Shown here: positions 19,698 to 27,523 of the stretch, one piece after another | How the letters are laid out: the number at the start of each line of letters is the position of its first letter | Position numbering within the stretch: the stretch's first letter is position 1 | Notes under the pieces: model-generated | Seen by the model: the letters and a program-made list of their open reading frames with translations, nothing else | What the model was told of the DNA's origin: nothing | The model's database searches: none | NCBI RefSeq assembly: GCF_000008465.1 | Contig: NC_006512.1 | Coordinates: 1,620,001-1,652,000 of the forward strand | Direction: 5' to 3' | DNA from: Idiomarina loihiensis L2TR | GTDB taxonomy: Bacteria; Pseudomonadota; Gammaproteobacteria; Enterobacterales; Alteromonadaceae | Length of the DNA: 32,000 bases | Made by a program: the position numbers and the translations under genes

Positions 19698-21713
19698 TTA
19701 GGCTGTCCAGCCCAGCTCAGTAGCACGCTGCTGAGCCTGCGCGGGCACATCAGTAGCTACAAAATGATGGTGCAGCACCTGAACACCAAGCATATGGTTG
19801 ATGACGGCATCAAGCTGCACACGCTCTTCATTCGGAACATTCTCATCCTGATGCCGTTCAAAGGTCCGCACCACTTCGTCGTAGTCAAGTAAACCGGCTG
19901 ACTTAACTGCCTCAGCATTCAGGAATTGCTCCGCCAGCTTCTCAACAGCTTTCCACTTCTCCGGGTCGGTGTGCGCCGGCGGTGCCATAAAAGCGAACTT
20001 CTCACGTTTATACAGCGTTTCCGGCAACAAGCCTTTCATGGCTTCACGCAACACATATTTTTCTTTATTGCCTTTAATGCGTAGGTGCGGCGGCACAGTG
20101 AAAGCGTATTCCGCCAAGTGATGATCTAAAAATGCCGGGCGCGCCTCCATTGAATTAGCCATATCCACCCGGTCGCCGCCCCAGGTCAGAATTTGCCCCT
20201 CAAGCATGGTTTTAATCCAGACATACTGAGCTCTGTCCAGCGGATGCCGACCATCCAGCATGTCTTTATCAAGCGTGTTGGCAATAGCCAGGCTGGGGTC
20301 ATAGCCTTCAACCTGTTTTCGCTTGTTCTCCGACATAAGCGGCAGCGCAACCGATGAGCAGGAAAGCCACGGCTGCACACAACTTGGAGTAAAACCCATT
20401 TTCTGGTTAAAAGCTTCGCTGACAAACTCTTCGCGAGCCAACATCGCGCCTTTAAAGAGTTTATTGTTTTTCTCCAACAGCTCCTGCCACTCAACCCGCT
20501 CTACTTCCGGTAAATGGTCGAGTCCATGCAGGAACATGTCCTTTCTAAAAGCCGGGTAACCGGCAAAGAGTTCATCAGAACCCTCTCCGGTCATCACGAC
20601 TTTATAGCCGGCTTCATGCACCTCTTTACTCATCAGGTACTTGGCTACGCCCAGCGTGTTATATATGGTTCGTTCTGTATGCCACAAAGTTTTTACGAAA
20701 TGGTCGTAAAGGTCATCGGCTTTAAGCCGCATAATGTGGTGATCAGCCTTAGTAGCTGCAGCCATTTCTTCTGCAATAGGTGTTTCATCATAGTCAGCAG
20801 AATCGAAACCTATGGTAAAAGCTTTTACCGAGGTTTGGGTTGAGGCGGACGCAAGTCCCAGAATGGCACATGAATCAATGCCACCGGACAAATAGCAACC
20901 TACAGGTACGTCAGCTGTCATTCGGTGCTGAACGGCTTCCAGTAGCTTAGCGCGGACCCCTTCAATATAAGATTCCTCGTCAACATCCGCTCCCGGATAG
21001 CTCTCTTCCGGCGGAAAATCGACATCCCAGTATTTATGTTCCGTTGCAACCACTTTGCCATTTTTACGCTGCAACTTAACCACATAACCCGGCTGAACCT
21101 GATTAATCCCTTCAAAAGCCGTAGAGCCCGGCACCATCACTTGAATCAGTTGGTGGTATAAGCCCTCTGCCGAAAACTCCCGCTTAACGTCCGGGTGAGC
21201 AAACAACACTTTCAGCTCAGAGCCAAACACCACGCCATGCTCCGTTTCCGTCCAGTATAAAGGCTTAATTCCAAATCTGTCGCGCACCAGGTACAGGCTT
21301 TCATCTTTTGCATCGAATAAGCCGAAAGCGAACTCTCCACGAAGCTCCTTTAGGGTGTCCTCCAGTCCGTAACGCTCAAACAGGTGAAGAACAATTTCAG
21401 AGTCGCTTTTACTGTTAAAGCGTGCGCCACGAGCGGTTAAATCCGCACGTATGCGTTTGAAATCGTAAAACTCGCCGTTATGAGTCAGCATCAGTCGTTT
21501 ATCGGCTGATATAAAAGGTTGCCGACCTCGCTTTTCATCTAGGTCGATAATGGATAAACGGGCGTGACTAAATCCTACGCCGTAGTCTTGTTGTACTTCA
21601 TAACCAAACCCGTCGGGACCACGATGATGCATTATCGCAGCCATATTAACTAAGGTTTGGGGTTCAATCGCTCTTTCCGTTTGATGATGAAAAACGCCAG
21701 CAATTCCGCACAT
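19698..21713 (-). CDS. AsnB-family glutamine-hydrolysing amidotransferase, long 671-aa paralog
   Basis: N-terminal nucleophile MCGIAGVF, then HRGPD, NGEFY and SDSE in the Ntn glutaminase domain. The PP-loop is YLSGGIDSCAILGLA. It carries about 100 extra C-terminal residues relative to E. coli AsnB. GAGGAAAA lies upstream. Confidence 0.9.
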   Translation of the reverse strand: MCGIAGVFHHQTERAIEPQTLVNMAAIMHHRGPDGFGYEVQQDYGVGFSHARLSIIDLDEKRGRQPFISADKRLMLTHNGEFYDFKRIRADLTARGARFNSKSDSEIVLHLFERYGLEDTLKELRGEFAFGLFDAKDESLYLVRDRFGIKPLYWTETEHGVVFGSELKVLFAHPDVKREFSAEGLYHQLIQVMVPGSTAFEGINQVQPGYVVKLQRKNGKVVATEHKYWDVDFPPEESYPGADVDEESYIEGVRAKLLEAVQHRMTADVPVGCYLSGGIDSCAILGLASASTQTSVKAFTIGFDSADYDETPIAEEMAAATKADHHIMRLKADDLYDHFVKTLWHTERTIYNTLGVAKYLMSKEVHEAGYKVVMTGEGSDELFAGYPAFRKDMFLHGLDHLPEVERVEWQELLEKNNKLFKGAMLAREEFVSEAFNQKMGFTPSCVQPWLSCSSVALPLMSENKRKQVEGYDPSLAIANTLDKDMLDGRHPLDRAQYVWIKTMLEGQILTWGGDRVDMANSMEARPAFLDHHLAEYAFTVPPHLRIKGNKEKYVLREAMKGLLPETLYKREKFAFMAPPAHTDPEKWKAVEKLAEQFLNAEAVKSAGLLDYDEVVRTFERHQDENVPNEERVQLDAVINHMLGVQVLHHHFVATDVPAQAQQRATELGWTA

Positions 21714-21731
21714 TCTTTGCTTTTCCTCGTA

Positions 21732-22799
21732 TCAGACGACATCAATGACGCGTTCAGCTCGCTGTACCATACAGGTCAGCAGCGCCATACGTAAAAACAC
21801 CGCACCCCTTGCCTGGCTGAAATACCAGTTATGAGGCGTATGGTCGAGATCGGCGGATAATTCTTCACCGCGCGCTAAAGGGTGTAAAATAATCGCGCTG
21901 TCTTTTAGCGGAGACTGCGCCGTTAAGTGAAACTCACTGCCATAAGTACTAAAGGTATCACCTTCCCACGAAATCGCGTTGATATAAACCACGTCGAGCT
22001 CTGGTAGTACCTGCTCTAAATCCCGGGTCGTACGAATCTTTATTCCGGCTTGCTCAATCTGTTCTCGTTGCTCACTTCCAAACAGCTGAGTCGACGATTC
22101 CTCGTCATGAATAATGACAATTTCATCAATTGCTTTTGGAAACTTCACTAAACATTTAATAAAGCTGCGCACGGTACGCATTTTATTTGGCACACCAATA
22201 ATGCCAATTTTTATCGGCGCTTTATCGGCTTCGTCCGTCACTAAATCGGGACGCCATTTAAACAGTGCGTACATATCCGTAAGCGCCTGAGTCGGGTGTT
22301 CATCTGAACCATTACCCGCATTAATAATAGGAATGCGCAGCGAATCGATCATCTCTTCCAGTGAGGTTTCATTATTGTCCCTCAACACCACGCAGTCACC
22401 ATAGTTATTAAACATTTCAGCCACATCGGCTAAACGTTCACCTTTGGCTATGCCGGTAGTAGAACGGTCAGTAATTGACATAATATCGCCGCCCAGACGG
22501 TGCCAGGCGCTTTCAAATGACAGACGAGTACGAGTACTTGGCTCGTAAAACGCGCTGATTAAAATTTTGCCCTGTAATGAGGTACTAAAACGACGAGGGT
22601 TAGCCTCGTACTTTGCAGCAAGCCGGAACAGTTGCAGCATCCCCAGCTGCGAAAACTGATCAGCAGACACAACATGCTGATTCGACAAGTTCAGCAAGTA
22701 ATCACCATCTTCCTGAATTGCTTTTAATAACGCCTTTGGATGAGCATCGCCGCAAACATCGGGGCGCTCTCGTTCAAAGGAGACATCCTTTATAGTCAT
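21732..22799 (-). CDS. aspartate/ornithine carbamoyltransferase-family enzyme with a non-canonical second-substrate pocket
   Basis: 355 aa. The carbamoyl-phosphate motifs EPSTRTRLSFE, KGE, VVLRD, NAGNGSDEHPTQ, RTV and HPLAR are present. The ATCase segment TRVQKER is replaced by NAISWEG. It has an N-terminal extension of about 45 aa, and no pyrI is adjacent. Confidence 0.85.
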   Translation of the reverse strand: MTIKDVSFERERPDVCGDAHPKALLKAIQEDGDYLLNLSNQHVVSADQFSQLGMLQLFRLAAKYEANPRRFSTSLQGKILISAFYEPSTRTRLSFESAWHRLGGDIMSITDRSTTGIAKGERLADVAEMFNNYGDCVVLRDNNETSLEEMIDSLRIPIINAGNGSDEHPTQALTDMYALFKWRPDLVTDEADKAPIKIGIIGVPNKMRTVRSFIKCLVKFPKAIDEIVIIHDEESSTQLFGSEQREQIEQAGIKIRTTRDLEQVLPELDVVYINAISWEGDTFSTYGSEFHLTAQSPLKDSAIILHPLARGEELSADLDHTPHNWYFSQARGAVFLRMALLTCMVQRAERVIDVV

Positions 22800-22912
22800 A
22801 CAATTACCATATGGTTTTAGAAATAAAATCTTTAATAAAAAGCCCGAGTAACAAAACCGGAGCTAAGCAAGTCATTATTAGCGCCAGAGAAATTAACCAC
22901 TCAAAAGCCAGT

Positions 22913-24349
22913 TCACTGATTAGCATTTGACTGCTCCTTCTCATTTAGTGTGTCCCAGTCAAACTTGTCGCTACTGCGAAAAATGCCTACTAGACATATT
23001 AGACCGGAAACTGCACATGACACTAAAGCGGCGACATAGAAGCCGACAACAAAATAACTCAGCATACCAAATGCCGTACCGAACCCCATAGCGCACGCCG
23101 CGTATGTTCCCGTCAGCCGACGATGATACAGCCCCAGTACAATTGGCCAGATGGTGCTGGCAACAAAAGCTCCGGCAAAATTCAATAGAGCACCTAAGGT
23201 TGCAACGCGCGGCAGGCACAATAACCAGGTAACGACTCCTAAGCCTAGAATACAACTGCGATTAAAGCGCATTAATGTTTTGTCGCTGGCTTTAGGTTTC
23301 AGTTTTTTATGGAAAATATCCTGCGTGACTAAATCTGAAGTAGCTGCGAGTAACGAGTCCAGGCTGGACGCCAACGCAGAAAAAATAACAATAAAAACAA
23401 TAATGGCCCCGGCTTTACCGAGTACAGCCGCGGCAACGGTAGGACCAATCATATCGGGGCTTGGTGGGAAAATTCCCAGCTGAGGCGCTGCTAACGCAAT
23501 AAACCCGGTAACAATAGGAATGGGCAGCCATAATAAGCCACCAGTTAAGTAAGCCTTGTAAGCCACATTCTTTTTAAAAGACAGCGCCCGTGACCACCAG
23601 ACATTGGAATGAAAGATTTCCCCAAGGCCGAAGAAGATATTGTTAAACAGAAACATGACGGCAGCCGGAAACAGCATGTCCAAAAGCTGCGGATGCTCAC
23701 TTGTCAGGTTGCTGTGGATGCTCTCCAGGCCAACATTATCAATTATCCAGTACGCGATAAAACTGACACCGACAATGATGATTAAAGCCTGAATAAAGTC
23801 GGTAGCAATAACCGCCCGCATTCCGCCAAAAAGTGTATAGCCGACACAAATTACCAGTATGGTGGTCATGCCAATGTGATAATCGAGCCCACTGAGTGAC
23901 TCAAGCAAAATACCACCAGCCATACCCAGACTAATTAACCAGCCAAAAGCATAAACCACAGAAATGATGATAAAGACGAGCCAGGCCAGATTGCCATAAC
24001 GCAAACGCACAAAGTCGCCCGATGTATAACCGTTAGGAAGCAGTTCCTTAATGCGTTTAGCCATAGGTGCAAACAGCACTAAGCCCAGAGCAGCAAAGGA
24101 ATACCCTACCATGCCCCAAATGCCGAATTGATAGGTTAACTGGGGAGCAACCAGCGTGGTGTTACTGGTAACCCAGGTGGCCATAGCCGTTGCCGCTGCA
24201 AACGCAAAACCAACATTCCGCCCTGCCAGAGCAAAGTCCTCGTGGCTGCGGTTCTTCCGCCCCAGCCAATAACCAAAGGCTACCCAGAACACCCCAAACA
24301 GGACGATAATCGTGATGCCGGTACTCGTATCCAGTGCGAATTCAGTCAT
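22913..24349 (-). CDS. sodium:solute symporter (SSS) family transporter
   Basis: 478 aa with about 13 hydrophobic segments. The N-terminal region ...DFALAGRNVGFAFAAATAMATWVTSNT is typical of the SSS family. Substrate is unknown. Confidence 0.88.
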   Translation of the reverse strand: MTEFALDTSTGITIIVLFGVFWVAFGYWLGRKNRSHEDFALAGRNVGFAFAAATAMATWVTSNTTLVAPQLTYQFGIWGMVGYSFAALGLVLFAPMAKRIKELLPNGYTSGDFVRLRYGNLAWLVFIIISVVYAFGWLISLGMAGGILLESLSGLDYHIGMTTILVICVGYTLFGGMRAVIATDFIQALIIIVGVSFIAYWIIDNVGLESIHSNLTSEHPQLLDMLFPAAVMFLFNNIFFGLGEIFHSNVWWSRALSFKKNVAYKAYLTGGLLWLPIPIVTGFIALAAPQLGIFPPSPDMIGPTVAAAVLGKAGAIIVFIVIFSALASSLDSLLAATSDLVTQDIFHKKLKPKASDKTLMRFNRSCILGLGVVTWLLCLPRVATLGALLNFAGAFVASTIWPIVLGLYHRRLTGTYAACAMGFGTAFGMLSYFVVGFYVAALVSCAVSGLICLVGIFRSSDKFDWDTLNEKEQSNANQ

Positions 24350-24830
24350 GGCGCTCTTGTCTGGAGTGGATCCATTGCCGATGAAGCAATAATAAGGTTG
24401 CTACCAAAGTAATGAAAATAACCAGGCCGACGAAGAATAAAGTCAGAGATTGCCAGAGCGGATAGTGCTCCACCGTTATCTCAATAGTATTGCTGGTATA
24501 AATTTGGTTATCAGGACCTTCGGCTCTAGCACGCAAATAATAAGTTCCATTGCTAAAACCGGTAAGTGAAATATCCTGGAAGTCACCTAGTGTAGGAAAC
24601 TGACGAGTACTCTTGGCAAACTCTGAATTGCTGGCAACTTCAATAGTAACTCTGTTAAGCTCGTCAAAATTCAGAGCGCTAACAGAAACAGTGAAGTAAC
24701 CTTCTTTTACAACGGAGTCCGGCCCGCTCAGTTTTAACGAGCTCGCATGCGCAGTTGTTGGCAACATTACCAACAAACATAAAGCAAACAAAATATAGCA
24801 ATAGTTAAAGCCGTTTTTCTGCGTTGTCAT
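24342..24830 (-). CDS. single-pass membrane protein with an exported beta-sandwich (Ig/FN3-like) domain, coupled to the symporter
   Basis: 162 aa. A signal peptide (...LPTTAHASS) precedes about 100 aa of strand-like sequence (YFTVSVSA, VTIEVAS, GTYYLRARA, IEITVE), a C-terminal TM helix and a basic tail. An 8-nt ATGACTGA overlap joins it to the symporter start. Confidence 0.7.
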   Translation of the reverse strand: MTTQKNGFNYCYILFALCLLVMLPTTAHASSLKLSGPDSVVKEGYFTVSVSALNFDELNRVTIEVASNSEFAKSTRQFPTLGDFQDISLTGFSNGTYYLRARAEGPDNQIYTSNTIEITVEHYPLWQSLTLFFVGLVIFITLVATLLLLHRQWIHSRQERHD

Positions 24831-24853
24831 TAAAACTTCTGCTCATTAGCATT

Positions 24854-24896
24854 AGTTGAAATCTCAGGCTAGCAGCAGAATTTTTTAATTTCAACT
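24854..24896. promoter_or_regulatory. 9-bp perfect inverted repeat in the divergent control region
   Basis: AGTTGAAAT (24854-24862) and ATTTCAACT (24888-24896) are separated by 25 nt. They lie in the 145-bp region between the two divergent operons. Confidence 0.3.
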
Positions 24897-24975
24897 GTTT
24901 AAAATAGTCATCTGTTTACTGTTATTGCTCGTAATCAGTTCAACATATTATTTACGTTTAGTGGTCAGTCATTCA

Positions 24976-25347
24976 ATGCAAAAGTATTTATGCAGTCTCG
25001 GTTCAAACCTTGAGCCTGAAACACATTTTCCTCAGGCACAAGTGGCCCTTAAAGCTTTATCCGACGATATACGCTTTTCACGAAACATACCGACTTCACC
25101 AGTCGACATGGATACGAATAACGATTTTTTGAACGCCTTATTTATTATTCGCACGCCTATGTCTGCGAATGAATTAAAGCAAAAGTTTAATGCTATCGAA
25201 GAGGCTATGGGCCGCGACCGCTCAGACCCACAAAGAAGCTTTAAAGATCGCACCATAGATATTGATATCCTGGGACGGCTTGAAGAGAAACCTCCGGTAC
25301 CGGAATATTTAACCTCTTTATTACCAGATTTAGGACTCACCTCATGA
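24976..25347 (+). CDS. short HPPK (FolK)-like protein
   Basis: 123 aa counted from ATG 24976. It aligns by eye to E. coli HPPK: GSNL, ALKAL, FLNA, GRDR and DRTIDIDIL (equivalent to PRTLDLDIM). It ends about 25-30 residues short, and VPHY is replaced by VPEY. Confidence 0.65.
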   Translation: MQKYLCSLGSNLEPETHFPQAQVALKALSDDIRFSRNIPTSPVDMDTNNDFLNALFIIRTPMSANELKQKFNAIEEAMGRDRSDPQRSFKDRTIDIDILGRLEEKPPVPEYLTSLLPDLGLTS

Positions 25348-26051
25348 GAAAAACAGCAGTTATTACAGGCGCCGGACGACGTTTTGGTTTTGAACTGGCC
25401 AAAGCCTTGCTGACTGAAGGCTACCAGTTATTTGCTCACTACAATAGCTCGCGTGACGGTATTGACGAGCTGGAAGCACTTGGCGCTCAGGGCGTACAAG
25501 CAGATTTCACCAACATAGACAGTATTCAGGCCATGGTGCGTACTATTAGCAGCGCTACGGACTCTGTCGATCTATTGGTTAACAACGCTTCCTGTTTTTT
25601 CGACAACGAAACCGTTGATAACGACAACAACGCGTTAGCTGCGGTATTCCAGGTACACGGAATGGCACCCTATCTGCTTATAAGCGGCTTGCAACGGCAA
25701 TTAAGCCATTCCGGGAATGGACTGGTTATTAATATTACGGACATCTACGCTGACCGCCCGTCTACAGACTATATTGCTTATTGCGCAGCGAAAGCCGGGC
25801 TCGCCAACATGACCCAGGCCTTTGCTAAAAGTTTAGCGCCATCAGTAAGAGTCAACGCCATTCAGCCAGGCCCTATTCTATTTTTACCAGAGCACGATAA
25901 AGAACATCGTATGCAGGTTCTGGATGAGACACCATTGCGGGTTGAAGGGGGTTTAGAGCCAATGATAGAAACCGTTCGCTTTTTACGCGACAACCCGTTT
26001 ATTACGGGCGAGTCCATTAAAGTCGACGGCGGTCGCGGCTTAATGATATAA
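25344..26051 (+). CDS. folM: FolM/PTR1-type short-chain pteridine (dihydromonapterin/dihydrofolate) reductase
   Basis: 235 aa SDR. The cofactor motif is ITGAGRRFG, which is TGxxxRxG rather than TGxxxGxG. It also has NNAS and the catalytic YCAAK. An ATGA overlap joins it to the HPPK-like gene. Confidence 0.8.
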   Translation: MRKTAVITGAGRRFGFELAKALLTEGYQLFAHYNSSRDGIDELEALGAQGVQADFTNIDSIQAMVRTISSATDSVDLLVNNASCFFDNETVDNDNNALAAVFQVHGMAPYLLISGLQRQLSHSGNGLVINITDIYADRPSTDYIAYCAAKAGLANMTQAFAKSLAPSVRVNAIQPGPILFLPEHDKEHRMQVLDETPLRVEGGLEPMIETVRFLRDNPFITGESIKVDGGRGLMI

Positions 26052-26071
26052 AAAAACCCGGCACGGTGGCC
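26050..26071. terminator. left remnant of a bidirectional intrinsic terminator split by the IS insertion
   Basis: A7-CCCGGC-ACGGTG-GCC is interrupted here, and the matching GGG-TTTC follows the IS at 27524-27530. The reconstructed empty site is AAAAAAACCCGGCACGGTGGCCGGGTTTC. Confidence 0.55.
26060..26071. repeat. target-site duplication, left copy (GGCACGGTGGCC)
   Basis: An identical 12-mer directly abuts the other IS end at 27512-27523. Confidence 0.8.
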
Positions 26072-26089
26072 TAATGCCGATCAGTTAAG
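26072..26089. repeat. IS left terminal inverted repeat
   Basis: TAATGCCGATCAGTTAAG compared with the reverse complement of the right end, TAATGCTTGTCAGTTAAG. Confidence 0.85.
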
Positions 26090-26130
26090 AAAAATTTTAG
26101 CGATCGGTTGACCGATCCGGCAGAGACTTC

Positions 26131-26167
26131 AAAATCCGTAGTTAGGTTTTCTAACTACGGATTTTTT
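26131..26167 (+). terminator. perfect 15-bp stem-loop plus T-run immediately upstream of the transposase ATG
   Basis: AAAATCCGTAGTTAG, loop GTTTT, CTAACTACGGATTTT, then TT and the ATG at 26168. Confidence 0.55.
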
Positions 26168-27493
26168 ATGTTTCTGAGTCAAGCACTGGACCAACTGCAG
26201 GAGTTTACGCCGGATGATTTTAGTAAACTACCGGATCTGCTGGAGCCTGAGTTAATCGAACAATGCCTTGAAGACGCGGGCGTTACAACGGTACGCAAAC
26301 GCCGTTTGCCAATGGACTTTATGGTCTGGGCGGTCGTAGGAATGGCATTATTTCGGGAAATGCCGATGCGTCAGCTCGTTTCACACCTTGATTTAATGTT
26401 GCCCGGCAAAAGACCTTACGTTGCGCCGAGTGCCGTAGTTCAGGCTCGTCAGCGTTTGGGGGCTAATGTTATGAAGCGTATGTTTGAGCTCACTAATGAG
26501 CTGTGGTTCGATAAACTACCGCTTTCTCACTGGAATAATCTATCGGTTCTGGCTGTCGACGGCACCGTCTGGCGTACACCGGACACACCGGAGAATGATG
26601 CTTCCTATGGGCGAACGGCTAACCAGCGGGCTGAATCCGACTATCCTCAAATTCGGATGGTGAATCAAATGGAAGTAAGCAGCCATTTAGTCACCTCGAC
26701 GGAGTTCGGCAGTATTGCAGAGGTTAGTGAAGTAGACCTGGCAGCCCGGCTGATTGAACAGACGCCGGACCACTCACTGACGCTGTTCGATAAAGGGTTT
26801 TATGCGCTGGGTTTACTGGATCAATGGCATCGTGCCGGTGAGGAGCGCCATTGGCTTATTCCCCTCAGAAAAGGCGCACAATACTCTGTCAAGAAGTCTT
26901 TTAGCGACACGGACAAATTGGTAGAAATTAGGCTCTCACCACAAGCTAAGAAGAAGTGGGATAATGCACCGGACACTGTTCAGGCGCGTTTAGTGTGTAA
27001 GAAAATAGCTAAAAAAGAGGTTGCGATATTAACCTCAATGACAGACACGATGCGTTATCCTGAAGCCGATATCGTTGACTTATATGCTCATCGCTGGGAA
27101 ATCGAGCAGGCTTACCGTGAAATGAAACAATATATGCTGAAGAGTGAGCTGACCCTGCGCAGCAAACGGCCTGACCTGGTTGAGCAGGAGTTGTGGGGCA
27201 TGCTGGTCGCTTATAACTTATTGCGGTATATGATGGCGCAAATGGCCTATAGCCTGAAGCATATTGAGCCGAATCAAATAAGTTTCAAACAAGCCTCTCA
27301 TTATCTGGTGGGGCAGTTACATATACTGGTACACATCTCACCCGGAAAAATACCCAAAGTCATGGAGCAAATGATGGAAATGGCCAGCGCATTCGTGCTG
27401 CCCGAAAGACGAGAGCGATATTACCCTCGTTCAATAAAAAGGCGGCCGCAACGTTATCCGATGCGACCGCCTTCTAAACCGACAGCCAGTTAG
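26168..27493 (+). CDS. IS4-family DDE transposase (InsG-like)
   Basis: 441 aa counted from ATG 26168 (MFLSQALD...). The DDE context is [18 protein letters not shown] and [15 protein letters not shown], which gives the Y(2)R(3)E(6)K signature. It closely resembles my recollection of E. coli IS4 InsG. Confidence 0.93.
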   Translation: MFLSQALDQLQEFTPDDFSKLPDLLEPELIEQCLEDAGVTTVRKRRLPMDFMVWAVVGMALFREMPMRQLVSHLDLMLPGKRPYVAPSAVVQARQRLGANVMKRMFELTNELWFDKLPLSHWNNLSVLAVDGTVWRTPDTPENDASYGRTANQRAESDYPQIRMVNQMEVSSHLVTSTEFGSIAEVSEVDLAARLIEQTPDHSLTLFDKGFYALGLLDQWHRAGEERHWLIPLRKGAQYSVKKSFSDTDKLVEIRLSPQAKKKWDNAPDTVQARLVCKKIAKKEVAILTSMTDTMRYPEADIVDLYAHRWEIEQAYREMKQYMLKSELTLRSKRPDLVEQELWGMLVAYNLLRYMMAQMAYSLKHIEPNQISFKQASHYLVGQLHILVHISPGKIPKVMEQMMEMASAFVLPERRERYYPRSIKRRPQRYPMRPPSKPTAS

Positions 27494-27511
27494 CTTAACT
27501 GACAAGCATTA
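27494..27511. repeat. IS right terminal inverted repeat
   Basis: CTTAACTGACAAGCATTA begins 1 nt after the transposase stop. Confidence 0.85.
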
Positions 27512-27523
27512 GGCACGGTGGCC
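27512..27523. repeat. target-site duplication, right copy (GGCACGGTGGCC)
   Basis: It matches 26060-26071 exactly. Confidence 0.8.

Larger units (their letters stand above)
26072..27511 (+). mobile_element. IS4-family (IS4-like) insertion sequence, apparently intact
   Basis: 1440 bp with 18-bp terminal inverted repeats (15/18 match), a flanking 12-bp direct repeat and a single DDE transposase ORF. Confidence 0.92.

Noticed and set aside
19698-22799. Calling these two genes housekeeping asnB and pyrB.
   Set aside because: The ATCase-like protein lacks R229/Q231 equivalents and has no pyrI partner. The AsnB-like protein is about 115 aa longer than enterobacterial AsnB and sits in an operon with a transporter. 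I therefore left the gene symbols empty.
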